Below, one piece after another: positions 1 through 14,116 of a stretch of 64,000 bases of DNA (positions are counted from its first letter, which is position 1; each line of letters opens with the position of its first letter). The stretch is from Lama glama (taxonomy: Eukaryota). The stretch is from the NCBI GenBank assembly GCA_028534125.1, contig CM052816.1, positions 49,726,001-49,790,000 on the forward strand, written 5' to 3'. Under the pieces are notes generated by a model, which made no database searches, had not been told where the DNA came from, and saw nothing but the letters and a program-made list of their open reading frames with translations. The translations under genes were made by a program, and so were the position numbers.

Positions 1-1240
1 AGATCATACTTCCTTAGATTAAAATAAAGCCAGAAGAACACAAAGCATACAGAACACAAAGTTATGACTTGGTAATAGCTGCTGCGTCTGTGTTCCAGAG
101 GGGTTCCATTCCTTCTGTTCAGCCCTGATTTCTCCTTTTGGTTAATTTATTCATATTGCTCAATGCTAGAAAATAATATCCTAGAAAGTTTGCCACTTTG
201 TGTGCTAGAGCATATGTTTGCTTAGGCTTCTTTTTCCTTCAGTACATAAAAATGAAGAGTATCATGGTATTCTATTTCCCAGAAGTACCTTTTAAGTTTT
301 ATTATGTGATGTTTGTTTCCCTCTTGATGTTTAATTGATCCCACATCAGCATTCTAAATTTCAGGACACTTACTGCCACTACCCATAATACCCTCACGAA
401 TGGAAAGGTATAGAGTGTTCTCAGAGCAACACTTGAAAACTGTCCTGTTGGCATCACTCTGTGTGCTCGAGGTAACACTGAATTAAGAAAAAACTAGAGA
501 ACACAGGGGACTATGCCTTCTTCTCTACCTGCTAACCCTTCGTCACCCTGGATAGGGGTATGGAATCAGGGAGTTCTCAGTTTTAGCTAAGACTCTGCTT
601 AGAGTAACTGGAGATCCCATTTTTGTTTTTCTTTTCTGGTTCACTCAGCACCGTCCTCAGTCACATTCACTTTGAAGTCCACTCAGCGAGGTGGTTGAAG
701 CCGAGGAGAACATTCATATGACCTTAAAGTGAAATTCCACGCCCTTCCCACCTTATTCCTGGGCCAGCTATTGGAAGTAATCCACCTCTCCTCAGGCCTG
801 TCTTTTAAAAAAGTAATTAACTTCTTAAAATGTTTCCATAAGCTTATTTATTTTCTTCCTCTCTTTTCTTGTTTTATCTGTGGAATAGGTGATTGCCCAC
901 TTCACATCCACATAAGAGCTATTGCTGTTGACACTGGCCATTCACAGGAGTTTGAAGGAAGTCCAATCTCTCCCCCACGGACTCCCTCTTTCCTCTCCCC
1001 TTCATGGCACACCCAGTGCCCAGTGCGCTTGTGCACTGAGGGTTTTTTTTTTTTTTCCTTTTTAGCAGCACCTCAGGCTTCTTAGAAAAATATACATTAG
1101 CAAAGTGACTGTTTTCATTATTTCTAATGTATTTTTATTGGGACTAGTGTTTCCACTCATGTACTGTCATCCTTTTCTTTTTTTATTCCTTTTGTTTCTT
1201 CTCCAACTTCTATCTGTTCGTTGAGGTTTCTGTTTTTCTC

Positions 1241-1312
1241 CTTCCTTCCTTCCTTCCTTTTTCCTTTCATCCATCCGTCCGTCCATCCATCCATCCATCC
1301 ATCCATCCATCC
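1241..1312. repeat. (CCTT)n/(TCCA)n compound tetranucleotide microsatellite
   Basis: cttccttccttccttcc followed by catccatccgtccgtccatccatccatcc... Confidence 0.9.
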
Positions 1313-3717
1313 TTTTACTGAATCTATTCAGATGGCTGGGCTTTATACAGTGACTCCTTTAATTCTTGCCCAGCCATATGAAGTAACCAGGAAAAAGGCA
1401 AGAAGAATCTAAAATCCAGAGCATATGAATTAAAATCTTTACCTCAGACCAGAAAACTGTATTTATGACGGGGTCTAAACTACCTTAAGATATACTATTG
1501 CATCTAACTTAATATACCGACTGACATCTCTAAACAAAATAGCCACAGTTCATTTCGCCCCTGAATGCGAAGCTGTAAATGGTGGAGGATGTGAAGAAAC
1601 TCTAACCAGAGCAAGTACTAAGAGTAGGGAGGTGAGTACAATACAGTGAAAGCCCTTCAGAAACAGGTGGAAACTCGGAGGAAACTGTTAGGCCCGGCCA
1701 GGGCTCTTGAAACAACCAACAGATTACACCCTTGGTAGTATATTGCTTCTGTCACATGCAGTTTACTCAGTGAATGAGGGGTTTCACTTTGATTGGAAGC
1801 TTTACCAGGTGTAGAGTCATAAAGAGATGCTAGTTTTTAATGTTGATTCACGTATGTTCTTTTCTGTTTCGCTTCTTAGATGAACCACGCCCATAAAGCA
1901 TTCCTGATATATCAGTTTTCATTTTTTTTGCCTATACATACTGGGAAAGTTACTCAAGCACAGAATCTTAGATATTAATCATTTTCCCCAATATTACCAA
2001 TTATTTTCTATAATTTGCTTTTGGGGTTTTTTCAAAGCTTCTTCATGTTTGCATAGACAAAACCCCCTCTTCTTTTCTAGTCATACTTTTAGCGTTTATG
2101 TTTAATCAAATTATGTAATTAAAATAACACAACTTAAAAAAAAAAAGATTAAGAGCAAACACAGCTGATTCGGGGTTAGTATACAGTCCAGGCAGCAGCA
2201 GCAGGGAGCGGGGGCAAGTGCTGGGAGGTGCAGAGCAGCGTGTGTGTCTGATAGTAGGAATGACGTGTCAGCAGATCAGGTTGTTGGTGATACGGAGTTT
2301 GCTTCAGAGAAATGTTGTTATAACCACTAGAGTCAGTCTTGTCAAAACTGTGAGCTATGCACTGTTGGTCTGAGTTACTCCTTATACCCTCACACATCTC
2401 AAAGGTCTTCTTCCTTGGGTATGTTCATGATGCTTCCCATCTTCCTTCCATAGAAGATACTAAAGATACATTCAGTAAGATAATTTATCATCTAATGTGA
2501 ATTACACAGGCATTCTAGTTCCCTGTAATTCTTACCTAGAAGCTTTTGGAGATGTTCCCGTTTTTTTTTTTTTTAACCCCTCAAGTGGCATCTTTACAAT
2601 CCAAATATTTAAAACTGCCTGTGAGTCTCAAGTTATTTCTCATATCCCACCAAAGAGATGGCTGCCTGTTCTTTCTGCCCCAGGCTTATTTGTATTGCCC
2701 GCTCCCGAAAGGAGGATTGTCCTTGCTGTGACCTACGAAGGCATACTTAATGAAGTGGGTTATAAAAAATATTGTGGACAGAAAAAAAAAATCTCATTTA
2801 CAAATTTAGAAGTTTAAATACTATCAATACAAAATGGTTATCTGGAAATTTCATATATACACATACATATACACACACCTATACATGTATATGTATATGA
2901 ATATATATATTCATACTTCCTTGGTGTTAGGAAAAAGAGCTCATAGAATACAAGTCTTTTTACTTCTCCACTACAGGTAGAATTTTAGTACATGAAATAA
3001 AATCTCTGTGAAGATGGAAGTATCATGAATAATGATGATTTACAATTTCAGAGGTGCTCTAATTTACTCCAATTACACATTTTCTTTATAGTAATCATAC
3101 AAAAATAATGTTTTTAATGCAGCAGCAGGACAACTCTGATGTTCAAGTGCAATACTTGTTTCCTGAAATTGAAAGGTGGTTATAGTCTGGTCATTGTTTT
3201 CCTAAGAAACGTGCTTTTCCTTTAGTTTAAGCATGAGTGTGTGCATATCTAATAGGCAGTAACAGCAAAAACTCCTCAAGCTGTGATTTAGCAGTTGTAA
3301 TGATGGACATACATAAGTCTCATCCTGTCTAGCAAATTCTTTTATTTCTTAATCTTTTACCTGATACTTTTAATGTTATATGATAATCCATAACCTTTAT
3401 CGTTAAGAAAAGAAAAATCAGTAATTCAAAAATCGCTATTCACCAGCACTTAGTGGTCAATTTAAATAAATCTGCAGATTATTAAAACACTGGTATGCAT
3501 AATGAATTCTGTAGAGCATCATTAGTATTTAAGTATTGTTTGTTTATATAGTACTTTAATGTAACATGCTATCTACTCTTCAAATCTGCATTTTTTTCTA
3601 TAGCAGCTCACAGAATACTGCTTGTGTATGTACCTCAGTCATGAAGTAAACAACCACTGAATGTTTGATTTTAACATGATTTTCCTATCAAGTTATGGAT
3701 CAGGCATTTATTTTCCT

Positions 3718-4997
3718 TGTTAATTGATTTTGTTCATTAAAAAGAGAGACCATTAGACTGAGGTGGCTTTTTCTTTTATTGAAATATAGTTGATTTACAA
3801 TATTATATTAGTTTCAGTTATGCAAAATAGTGATTCAGTATTTTTACAGTTTATACTCCATCAAAAGTTATTGTAAGACATGGCTATAATTCCCTGTACT
3901 ATACAATATAGCCATGTTCCTTATCTATGTTATACATAGTAGTTTGTATCTCTTATTCCCATACCCCTAACATGCCCCTTCCCCCTTCCCTCTCCCCACT
4001 GGTAACCATTAGTTTGTTTTCTGTATCTGTAAGTCTGTTTCTGTTTTGCTATATACTTTCATTTGTTTTATTTTTTAGATTCCACATGTAAGATAAAACA
4101 TACAGTATTTGTGTTCTTCTGTCTGACTTATTAAGTATAATGTTCTCAAAGTACATCCACATTGCTGCTAATGGCAGAATTTCATTCTTTTTATGGTTCA
4201 GTAATATTCTTATATGTATACATCACATCTTCTTTATCCATGCGTCTGTTGATGGATGCTTGGGTTACTTTCATATCTTGGCTCTTATAAATAATGCTGC
4301 TATAAATATTGGGGTGCATGTATCTTTTTAAGTTAGTTTTTTTCATTTTTTTCCAGATGTATACCCAGGAATGGAATTGCTGGGCCTAGTTTTAGTTTTG
4401 AGGGAGAACCTCCATACTGTTTTCCATAGTGGCTGCACCAACTTACATTCCCACTGTACAAGAGTTCTCTTATCTCTACATCCTTGTCAACATTTGTTGT
4501 GTGTAGACTTTTGATGATAGGTGTGAGGTGACATCTCCTTGTTTCGATTTGCATTTCTCTAATAATTAGTGACGTTGAGCATCTCTTTCATGTGTCTGTT
4601 AGCCATTTGTATGTCTTCTATGTTTTCTGCCCATTTTTGATTGGATTATTTTCTTTTATATTGAGTGTTGAGTTGTTTATATATTTTTAGACTGAGTTGG
4701 CTTTAATGCCTTAGCAGCCTACCTGAGTAAATATAAACCTAAGCCTGTGAATTCCTCAAGGTCAAAAAAATGGAAACCTAAGGGCAGTCACAAACAGCCA
4801 ACTAGGCTTTCCCAAGTGATGCAATTGCTTAAGCTATAGCCAGTCAGATGATTTCTTTGCTTTGCTTCCCCCTCTTCTCTGTGAGTCCTGTTCATGGAGC
4901 GCTCCAGACCACTTCTGGTTTGGTGCTGCCCCATTCCAGTCAAAGTTTGCTCAAATAAGCTCAAAGGTTTTAATATGCCTCAGTTTACCTTTTAGCA
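3718..4997 (+). mobile_element. ERV1-type solo LTR (MER41/MER57-like) split by an L1 insertion
   Basis: With the L1 removed, the sequence reads continuously (gaccattagactgaggtggctttaatgccttagcagcctac...) and ends tttgctcaaataagctc...cagtttaccttttagca, resembling ERV1 LTR 3' ends. The 5' boundary is uncertain (3718 or 3731). Confidence 0.6.
3771..4686 (-). mobile_element. 5'-truncated LINE-1 (laurasiatherian-type 3' UTR plus ORF2 C-terminus)
   Basis: Typical L1 3' end (ttgatttacaatattatattagtttcag...). Minus-strand ORF MQIETRRCHLTP...[12 protein letters not shown] resembles degraded ORF2. 18-bp TSD at 3753-3770 and 4687-4704 with one mismatch. Confidence 0.92.
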
Positions 4998-5649
4998 ACC
5001 TTCTATTGGCAAATGCTTCTTAGAGTTTCTTCCAAAAGGAATTCTTCCATTCCCAAGTATTACAACATTAAAGAAACTGACAGCTTCTTTTTCAACTAAA
5101 TGAAATAGGAAAATAGTTCCTCTTGGCAAACTGTTTATTTGCATTTTATGTTTATATTATTATTACATAGTGATAGCAGCTATCAGTCAGACCCACACTT
5201 GCATGCGTACTACTTAGGCATATCACATCTTCCAGCGACAAGCTTGAGGTAGAGAAAAACAATTAACTATTCACAAAGCTACTCAAAGATAATTGCTTAT
5301 TTAATACTAGCTTTGTCTGAATTACAACTATAAATACTTTTAAGTACGTTATTATGTAGTTAAGTGTGTTTGAAATGCTTGTGGCACTGCGTCTTACACT
5401 AGGGAATGTGTCTCAGAAAATACTTCTGTATGTAACAGTTCTATTACATCAAATGGCCATACTTAAATCTTTTCCCTTGTGATTAGAGCAGTAAATGGGA
5501 AGAACCAGTGATTCCTTCCCCCACGTAGGGTATCATTTGCCAGGACTGATTTGAGGGTGAACCTCCTTGTTTTGTGGGATTGTTACCCATTCCCCCACCT
5601 TCCTTCCCATTCCTCTTCTGTTATAGAAATACAGCCTAGGAGAGTTGGT

Positions 5650-6359
5650 GTGGATCTTTTCATTCCACCTTCCCTGTGTTGATTTAGACAAGTGAATTAT
5701 TGGAAAGTGTATGATGTTATCTTGTATATGTATGTTTTTAAATTTACATAAATTATATTGTGTCTCTTTTCATTCTGTTTTTTTTCTTTTTCTTACGTTC
5801 TTATGTTTTTAGGTAGCTATGTATAAATCCAGTTCTCTCAGAAGTATGCCTTTGTGTATGTGTGCAAGTGTACGCACAAATACATGCCTGTGCACACACA
5901 CATGTTTTCTATTTTAAATCTTTATTCCTCTGGGGATATTCACTTAAGCTGCTCTTCTTTGCTGACATAAAAAATTCTGCAGTAAATATGTGTGTGCTTT
6001 TCTCCTTGAGCACTTAACGCAGAAATTTTTCAGGGGACCAGGAATAGGCTGATTGATTTTACTAATAAGTAACAGATTGAAATAACTATGCTGGTTTATA
6101 CTTCCACCATCAGCCAAGGAATACTTCACCAATATTTGGTACTGTCATACATTTTTTGTTTTGTCATTCTGTTGGCTATAAATTGCTATTTTTTTATTCA
6201 ATTCGCATTTATTTAATTAACAGTGAAAGTTTAACTGTTGTCATTTTCTTTTCTTTGAATTGCCTCTTAATATGCTTTGCTTCATTTTCTATTGGTTTCT
6301 TCCTCTCTTTGGGGGCGGTGTGTATGTGAGTTTGCAATAGCCCCTTGTATATTTCAGAT
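5650..6359 (-). mobile_element. Old LINE-1 fragment (L1MC/ME-like)
   Basis: Degraded antisense L1 motifs (tttgcttcattttctattgg, ttgtatatttcagat); continues after the Charlie element. Confidence 0.65.
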
Positions 6360-7898
6360 CAGTAGTTCTCAATTGAACTTGCAGTTCACACATCTCTTTT
6401 GGAGGTAGGGGGCCCCAGAAGCATATTCAGGAGGTTCACAGGTCAACACTATTTCCATAATAATTATAAGACTTTGCCATTTTCATTATGTTAACATTTG
6501 CACTGATGCCACAAAACAACGGTGAGTAAAACTGCTAGAGTCTTACCGCAAATTAAGACAAGTAGCATCAAACTGTACTAGTAGTCTTTGTATTCACCTT
6601 CATCATGCACACGTTAGAGGGAAAAAAAAAAAAAAGAAAAATCCAGCTCATTTAAGAATGTCCTTGATGAAACAGTAATGATCATTAATTTTATTAAATG
6701 CCAGTGCTGGCTTTGTCTTTAATATTCTGCATGATGACATGGGACTCACACATAGAGCACTTCTGCTGAGTGCTGAAGTAGAATGATGATCTTGAGGAAG
6801 AGCACTTGGGAGATTGTGTGATTTGCAAGCTGAACAACCCCCTCCTTTTTTTGAACATCATGTTTACTTCAAAGAACAACTGACAAACCGTGACTATTCA
6901 TACCTCGGTATTTGGCTGATATTTTCTTGAAAATGAACAAAGTAGTCCTGCCACACTAAGGGAAATAGCTGACAGTATTTGTTGCTAGATAAAATTTGAA
7001 ATTCCAAGAGAAAATTAGAATTTTGGGAAAACTCTAACTGCCAGCATAAACTTGAGAGCTTCTGATACTTGAGGATGTTTAATGAAATCGGTGGTGATAT
7101 TAATGAATGTGACTTTCTGATAGTATACAATTAAATGTGTAATCTTTTAGAGAATCTGCATAGCTCGGTGAGCCTATATTTTCCAAATGACCAGTGCATG
7201 ATACTATAAAACCATGCAAGGATAAAAGATCCATTCAAAATACAAGATAAACCAATGGATGTTCACGAAACAAATGGGAGAATTTCGCTGGTAGATTTCA
7301 GATTCCACAATGCAACTAAAATTTAAGAAATTATTGAGTCAAGTTTTGATGTCATAGCAAGGAAGAATATACACATTTACATGAAAGGTTATTAAAATAC
7401 CCTTCTTTTTCCAACTACACATCTGTATGAAGTTAGAGTTTCTTCACATAATTCAGCCAAAAAACATTTTGCAATAGATTTAATGTAGAAGCAAACATGA
7501 GGGTCTCATTATCTTCTCTTAAGTCAGATATTAAAGAGATTTACAAAAATGTAAAATTACCTCTCCTCAGTAAGTTTTTGGCTTTGGGCAATTTATTTTT
7601 TATGAAAATATGGAGTTTTAAAATAAAATGTTATATAATTTTTAATAAAATTTATAAAAATATAATTGGCTTATTACTGTTATTTTAATTATTCAATTAT
7701 GGTTAAGAAAGTTATTAATTTTAAAAAGTAGTAAATATTTCTAAAACTTGGTTTTAATTTCTAATAAAATAATTGTTGATATATATATATATATATATAT
7801 ATATACCACAATGCCAGGTGTGAATATATTTGCTCTTTGAGGCTCTCAAAAATTTTTAAGAGGGATGGAGTCTTGAGACCTAAGTTTGAGAACTAGTG
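6360..7898 (+). mobile_element. hAT-Charlie DNA transposon (Charlie1-like internal deletion derivative)
   Basis: Imperfect TIRs cagtagttctcaa...ttgagaactagtg. Decayed transposase peptides LADIFLKMNKV..*GK*LTVFVA (~6920-6985) and FPTTHLYEV (~7410-7440, cf. the hAT dimerisation motif PFPTTYLCE). Confidence 0.85.
7779..7805. repeat. (AT)n microsatellite
   Basis: About 13 AT units, inside the Charlie element. Confidence 0.9.
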
Positions 7899-10250
7899 TA
7901 CTAAATAAATCTGTCAGTTTTTGACATTACAAATATCTTCTCCCAGGATGTCACCTTCCCATTGACCTTACCTGTGTTGTACTTGGTTGAACAGAAATCT
8001 TTAATTTCTTTTTGGAGCCAGTTCCATTTTTCCTTCACATTTTGTGCCTTTCTGGTCTTCTAAAAAGAACAGCTTCTTCAACTCTGAGGTCACAAAAATA
8101 TGTTTCTACATTTCCTTCCATTAGATGAATAGTGTTACTTTTCACATTTGGTCTTCATTATATTCCAGTCCAACTTCATTTTTCTCTGGATAGAGAATCA
8201 GTTTCCCCAACATCATTTACTAAATAATCTGTCCTCTCACCCCCTGACTTGTAATGCTGCCTCAGGTGTGAATATATATTTGGGATCCAATTCCACATGG
8301 ATATTTATCTGTCTCTCAGCTGGTACCACATTATTTTTCATTAAAATCATCTTGTAATGTCTTAATGTATGGCAGATTTCCCCCATTGTTAACATCTTTT
8401 CCAAGATTCATTTAGCTATTTATTAATGAAAGTTTATTTTTCAGTGTATAATTTAAACTAAACAAGTATTGATTTTTTAGAATAAATTTATAATGACACA
8501 GAATAGTTTTCCTCTGGATTTTGATGAAAACTGTGCAGAATTCACAAACAAAATGGAAGGAATAAAGGTATTATATTGTCTCATCTATTCAAATTTATAC
8601 TGATCTACTGTAATGTCTTTTAGTTAAAAAATATTCTCTGTAAGATCATATTAATTGTTTATGAGGTTAATTTCTAGATATTTTATAATGAATTTGCAAT
8701 TATAAATAACATCTTATTATCAATCATTTTTTACTTTTTTGTATTTTGAATAAGTAAGACATCTACATATTGCAAGCTTAAACCGATACACAAGTATAGT
8801 AAAAATTCTTCCTCCTCCTTCTCTGTCTTCCAGATGTCTATTTATCTCCTTTTGAAACCGTTGGTAACTAGCTTCTCATTTTTGCTTTCAGACACTATAA
8901 TTATGTACAAGAAAATATGTATATGTATTATTTTCCCTTGACAGTAATATAAACAGGAGCCTACAGTATGCACTGTCCTATTGCTGAAGTCTTTGTACTC
9001 TTTCCACATAATTTCCTGAGAATTGTAAATCTTCTTTGATACCACACCAAAACTTGACAAGCAGTAATTTCTTAAATCATATCTGAGGATGTCTCTTTTG
9101 CTGTTCTCTCCCTCTCCTCCTCCCTCTCTCCTTCATTCTTGTTCTTTTGTTTTACAAATGAATTGTATCCATTTTCTGGACTTCTCCATAATGAAATGGC
9201 TTAGACCCCTATTGATAGACATTTTAAATTGTTCAAAATTGTGTTCTATTATATCTAGCTCTGCAGGGAACACCCTTGTACCTGCATCAATTTGCCTATG
9301 TATGATTATATTTGTAGGCTACTTTTCTAGAATGAAACTGCTGAGTTTAAGAAAATGTGCTTTTGTCATTTTTTTGTTTCAAGTCACTAAATTGACCTTC
9401 ACAAAATACTGTGTCATTTATACGCCCACCATGAATGTACATGCTTGCCTATTTCTTTGCATTTTGGCTAATACCATGTGATAATTTCCTTCTGCTTTTT
9501 GCTGATGTGAAAGGTGAATTATAGTACCTTGGGGTAGATTTAGTTTAATTCATATTATAAGTAAGATTGAGTATCTTTATATGAGTTTAAGAATCATAGG
9601 TATTTCCTAAGATGTCAACTAATGAAATCCTTTGCCCATTTTTTTCTCTTGGGTTGCTTGTGTTTTAACTATTAATATGTGAGATCGTATTTCTTTGATT
9701 AATGATTCTGTACTATGATATGATTTAGAAAATACTAATCCCAGTTAATCATTTGTATTTTGACTTTATTTTGCTTTTTATTTTAAGGAAAAATTTAGTT
9801 TAATATAATAATGTTTTGAAAACTAGTGCCATGATTGGAATGTAATTTTTATCTCTGAGATTATTTTTAATTCTCTGTTTCCTCTGGTCCTTTGTGGTTT
9901 CTTTCTTTCCTTCCTTCCTCTTCTTCTTTTGAGTGTGTAATTTACCTTGAATTTACTCTCGGATAAGAAGACAGACATTGATCTAAATTTATTTAAGATG
10001 TCTACCGAATTGTCCCAGTCCAGTTATTGAATATTCTATCTCTTCTCCACAGATTTGAATGCCACTTAATTCGTATACAAAATTCCTTTACATAGAGGGG
10101 TCTATTTATTGATTTTCTATTCTGTTTTATTGTTTGGTCTGCCTCTGTATGTGCCAGTATCGTACTATTTTAATTACTTATATTTTCCCTTGATAATTGC
10201 TAGTATAGATTAAGTATATGCTGATCTTATATTAAACAAACTTGCAGGAT
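7899..10250 (-). mobile_element. Cluster of old LINE-1 fragments (L1MC/ME-like), probably two nested copies
   Basis: Antisense ORF2 motifs occur twice (cagtttccccaacatcatttactaaat ~8200; ttgtcccagtccagttattgaat ~10010; tgtgccagtatcgtactattttaattacta ~10150), with a new 3' end starting ~8720. Confidence 0.7.
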
Positions 10251-13200
10251 TTTTAAGTTAGCTTTTACTATTTGTTACTTTTGAATTTTCAAAGTCACTT
10301 GTTATATCATTTGCCAATGTGGGCAATATCATTATCCCATCCCATTGCCTTTTGGAAAGTTTTTCATAATCTGTCTTTCTGCTTACTAGTTTATGCTTCA
10401 GCTGAGCCTCTTTGCTTTAATTCTCTTCACTGGGAGCTTTATTTTGCTTAATTTTGAACTTCATTTAACTTTAATTATATTTTTCATTCTCATTATTTCT
10501 AATGAGTTCTTATTTATATGCTTGTTTCTGTCTTATGTTTCAAAAACTCCTTTATCTTTTTAGGGATATTTAATTTTTTTGAAGTCTTAGCCTGCCAGTT
10601 CTATTACATTAGTTTTTTCTGATATTACTTCTTTTTCCTTCTCCTTCCTCCTAATTTTGACACTAGCATTCCTCAGGTAGTTTGTTATTAATATCTTGGC
10701 TAGAGATGTATCTGGAGGGAAAGGTGAAGCTGATGCCCTAGCTTCAGTGACTTCAGGTGGATGGAGCTGTACTCAGCCATAATCTCTCTTCTCCCAGTGG
10801 AAGACCTGGTCTGCCCTAGACACTGCTTTCACCAAGACCTCCATCTCTCTGTTTTACCTCCTTAGTTCATAGACTGGGAATGTAGAGTGCAGACGGTGAA
10901 AGGCTCAGATCTGTTAGTCACTACAGGCCCCCTATTCCAGCCTGGCCCTCATTTCACCACTGCCTCCCACTGACTGTGGGCTGGAACTGTGTAAATCAGG
11001 AAAGAACTAGGCAAGCAAAATGAGAATGAGAAATGGCACATCTAGAAAGCTCTTCCCAAGCTTGTTTTCATCATCATTGGCCCCTGGAGTTCCCCTCCAC
11101 ACATCCAGACATACAAACATGCACTGGGTCTGCTAACCCCTGTTCTGCTAAGGGTTTCCCATGGTTCTTTTGTGATGGAGTTGAGTTAGCGTACCAGTCT
11201 CAGTACAAACTCAGCAACTTTCTGTCCTGGAATATCTCCAGTGCTAGATTCAGGGGTGAGAGCCAGTAGGCCATACTAGTTTGCTTTCTTGTCAGAAGCC
11301 CATTAATTTTCTCTTTCCCCTCACATTGAATCGAATGGTAAGATTTACACACACACATGCATGCATGCACACACACACACTCTCTCTCTCTCTTAAATAT
11401 AATAGTCCTAAATGTCTTATTAATGCATAGCTTTGGAAGTTATTTTCAAAGCTTTTTTCATGTGGTAATTATGATCATCAGCTCTTAAATATAAGGGTAG
11501 AAAACAGAAAAAGAATGCTTCTTTTCAGCTAAAAAAAGAACAACAGAAACTAAAAACCCAAAAAGCAAATGTTCTAAGAATTTTCTAGGTGGCAGGTGCT
11601 ATTAAATTTCTACATTCATTGTATCATATAATTTTTACATGATGTAATAGTTATTTTAAAATTCCTTTTATTAGGGAGGAAATTAAATTTCAGAAAGCTT
11701 AGACAAAATTGTCCGAGATTATATTGGTGGGAAGTGACAAAAGCCAGGATTGAAAGCCTCAATCCTTTTCTGCCTGGTCTTTACCTGGGTTCTAGGCATC
11801 CAGGTTACATTTCTTAATATTTATGCTAATGCAAGGGAAACAGTTCACATAGAACACCTTAGAACACACTTGTTTTTTAAGGCCATACACTATACCTACC
11901 CCCAGTGGAACAATAATTTCTCTTAAACCAGAGAAATAAATGAAAATATTTTATTGCATATCCAAACATCCATCAACGTCACAGGGAGTAATTTGGAATT
12001 TCTCCTGCAGTCCTCTTTAGTAGGCCTTTAACAATGTCTGGGGTGATTGATGCAAGCAGAATGAACAGAATAAAAGGCAAATCACATTGTAGCCAATGTT
12101 ATTTTATGATAAGATCAAAATAATGTTGGGGTGGGATGAGGGGAGATAACTTGCAGCATGTTTAATGGTAGAGATGTTTCAAAAATCATGTGATGGCTTT
12201 CTTCGAAGGCTTAGTTTTTTTCTCACAATAATACAGATTTCTGGTATTAAATTTGAGTATGACCATGATGTTGAAATCGTAGCCCTTTTACATACGAATT
12301 CCTTATTATTCTAAGCTTAATAGCGCCAGATGCAGGAGAACTCGTAAAGTCTAAAGCCCAGTAATTGTGAATAATCCCAGAACCAGTATTCTATGAATCA
12401 CTTTGTGGTTTTTATTTTTCATTGGATGAAAACAGCACTGATATTTGATTACAAATACTTAACTAAAAGTAGATGCAGCCCAAGTTAGGTGCTGCTTTAC
12501 TCTCTGGAGTGACAGTTCCCTGAGATGTATGTTCAGAGCTTGTAAATATTAGAGCAAATAGAAATCTTTTAAAACATCATTTGTGATGATTTAGAGAGAA
12601 ACATACTCAGATTTTTGTTTTTTGATTGTGATACAGTTTAAGCTTTAGAAAATTAGTCTACAGCTCATCAGCTAAAACTGGAGGAGAGATAATTTAGCCA
12701 TCTACAAGAAGTATAAACAAGATAATTGAAACAAGATAAAAGATAATTGAAAAAGGAGTGTTTAGCAGTATCAAATATGGAATCTGGCTTCCAAAATGGG
12801 AGGAAACATGATTCATAGTGTCCACTGATTATGTTATATACATATGTGTATCTATATATGAATACCCACACATATATATTTGTAAGGTTTTGACTATGAA
12901 GAGTCTCAGTTTGAAAAAAGAAAAAGAATGCCATACACAAGACAGTGGGAGAATATTGCTCTTTCCTGGCAGTGTGCTAATTTACTTAACATAGTAAAAT
13001 AAAGTCTCTTTTGGAGGTTACTGATGCCACATCCCACAGTTAAAATTCCAAACTCATTCTTTAGAGAACTAAATAAAAGAGAAATAAGTAAAATTTACTT
13101 TCATAGAAGAATATTCTTTTACTTGAGCCTCCAGACAAGAATGGAACATGAAACGTATCCCTGCTGGTGATTTTGACATCTAAGTATTGAAATGAGAGCA

Positions 13201-14116
13201 GCAGAATTGGATATATGAGTCAGCTCTCTTGGTACTGGACCACTGACCCCAAATTTAAAAACAACAATGATGTTTGTGGGTTTTCACTACAACCTACATG
13301 GGCATGCTCGTCAGTCAGAGGCTGGGACTGTTCACCCCAGTTCTTTAACTCATCCAAATCCCAGATTTTCCTTATAAACAAGGAAGACAGAGCATCACTT
13401 GGTGAGCACTAGCTGGAGAGGAGCCATGGAGAGGGAAGATGAGACTTTGGGAAACATATGATTTGGAGTGGGGAGAAAATATGGAAACAAAAATACCAGT
13501 TAGAACGTCTCCATATAGTGAATGAGAAGTGTCTGGTGAGGAATCCTACATGACAGTGTGTACTCACACAGTCCATAGCAGAGACTACAGTATAAAGATT
13601 CAGAAACTGAAGATACTTTGTTTTGTATTTTGCCATCATTGTTGTCTTTACTTTTTCTTACTCTAGTGCTCAAAGATCTTAAAGAGATTTGCATGTTTTA
13701 TTTCAATGGAAATTTCTTGGCATCTAAAGCCAGTTTGAGATACAATAACAGTTATGTTAACATTAGAGTTTCATAGTAATGTTATTGAGGTTATTTTAAT
13801 AAGATAATATTCTCATTTTTCACTTTGGTAAGTCACACTTCCATATCACAATCAACCAAATGCTTTTTTAATCCTTATGTTTTTTGGAACACATTGCCCT
13901 TTTCAAAGCTTGTTCACAAATGCTGCTTAACTTTAAAAAAAAAAAAGTATACCATTAGAGAAAGACATTTTGAAGCTAAGCTGGATATATGCTTATTTTG
14001 TATTATTTTAAATCTATGCTAATAAATAAAAAATGTTCCACTTTCAAATTTAATATCATCAACATTGTTATCCTGAAAGAAATGAGATTATAGTTGATTA
14101 TGCCTTGTCTCCTCAG

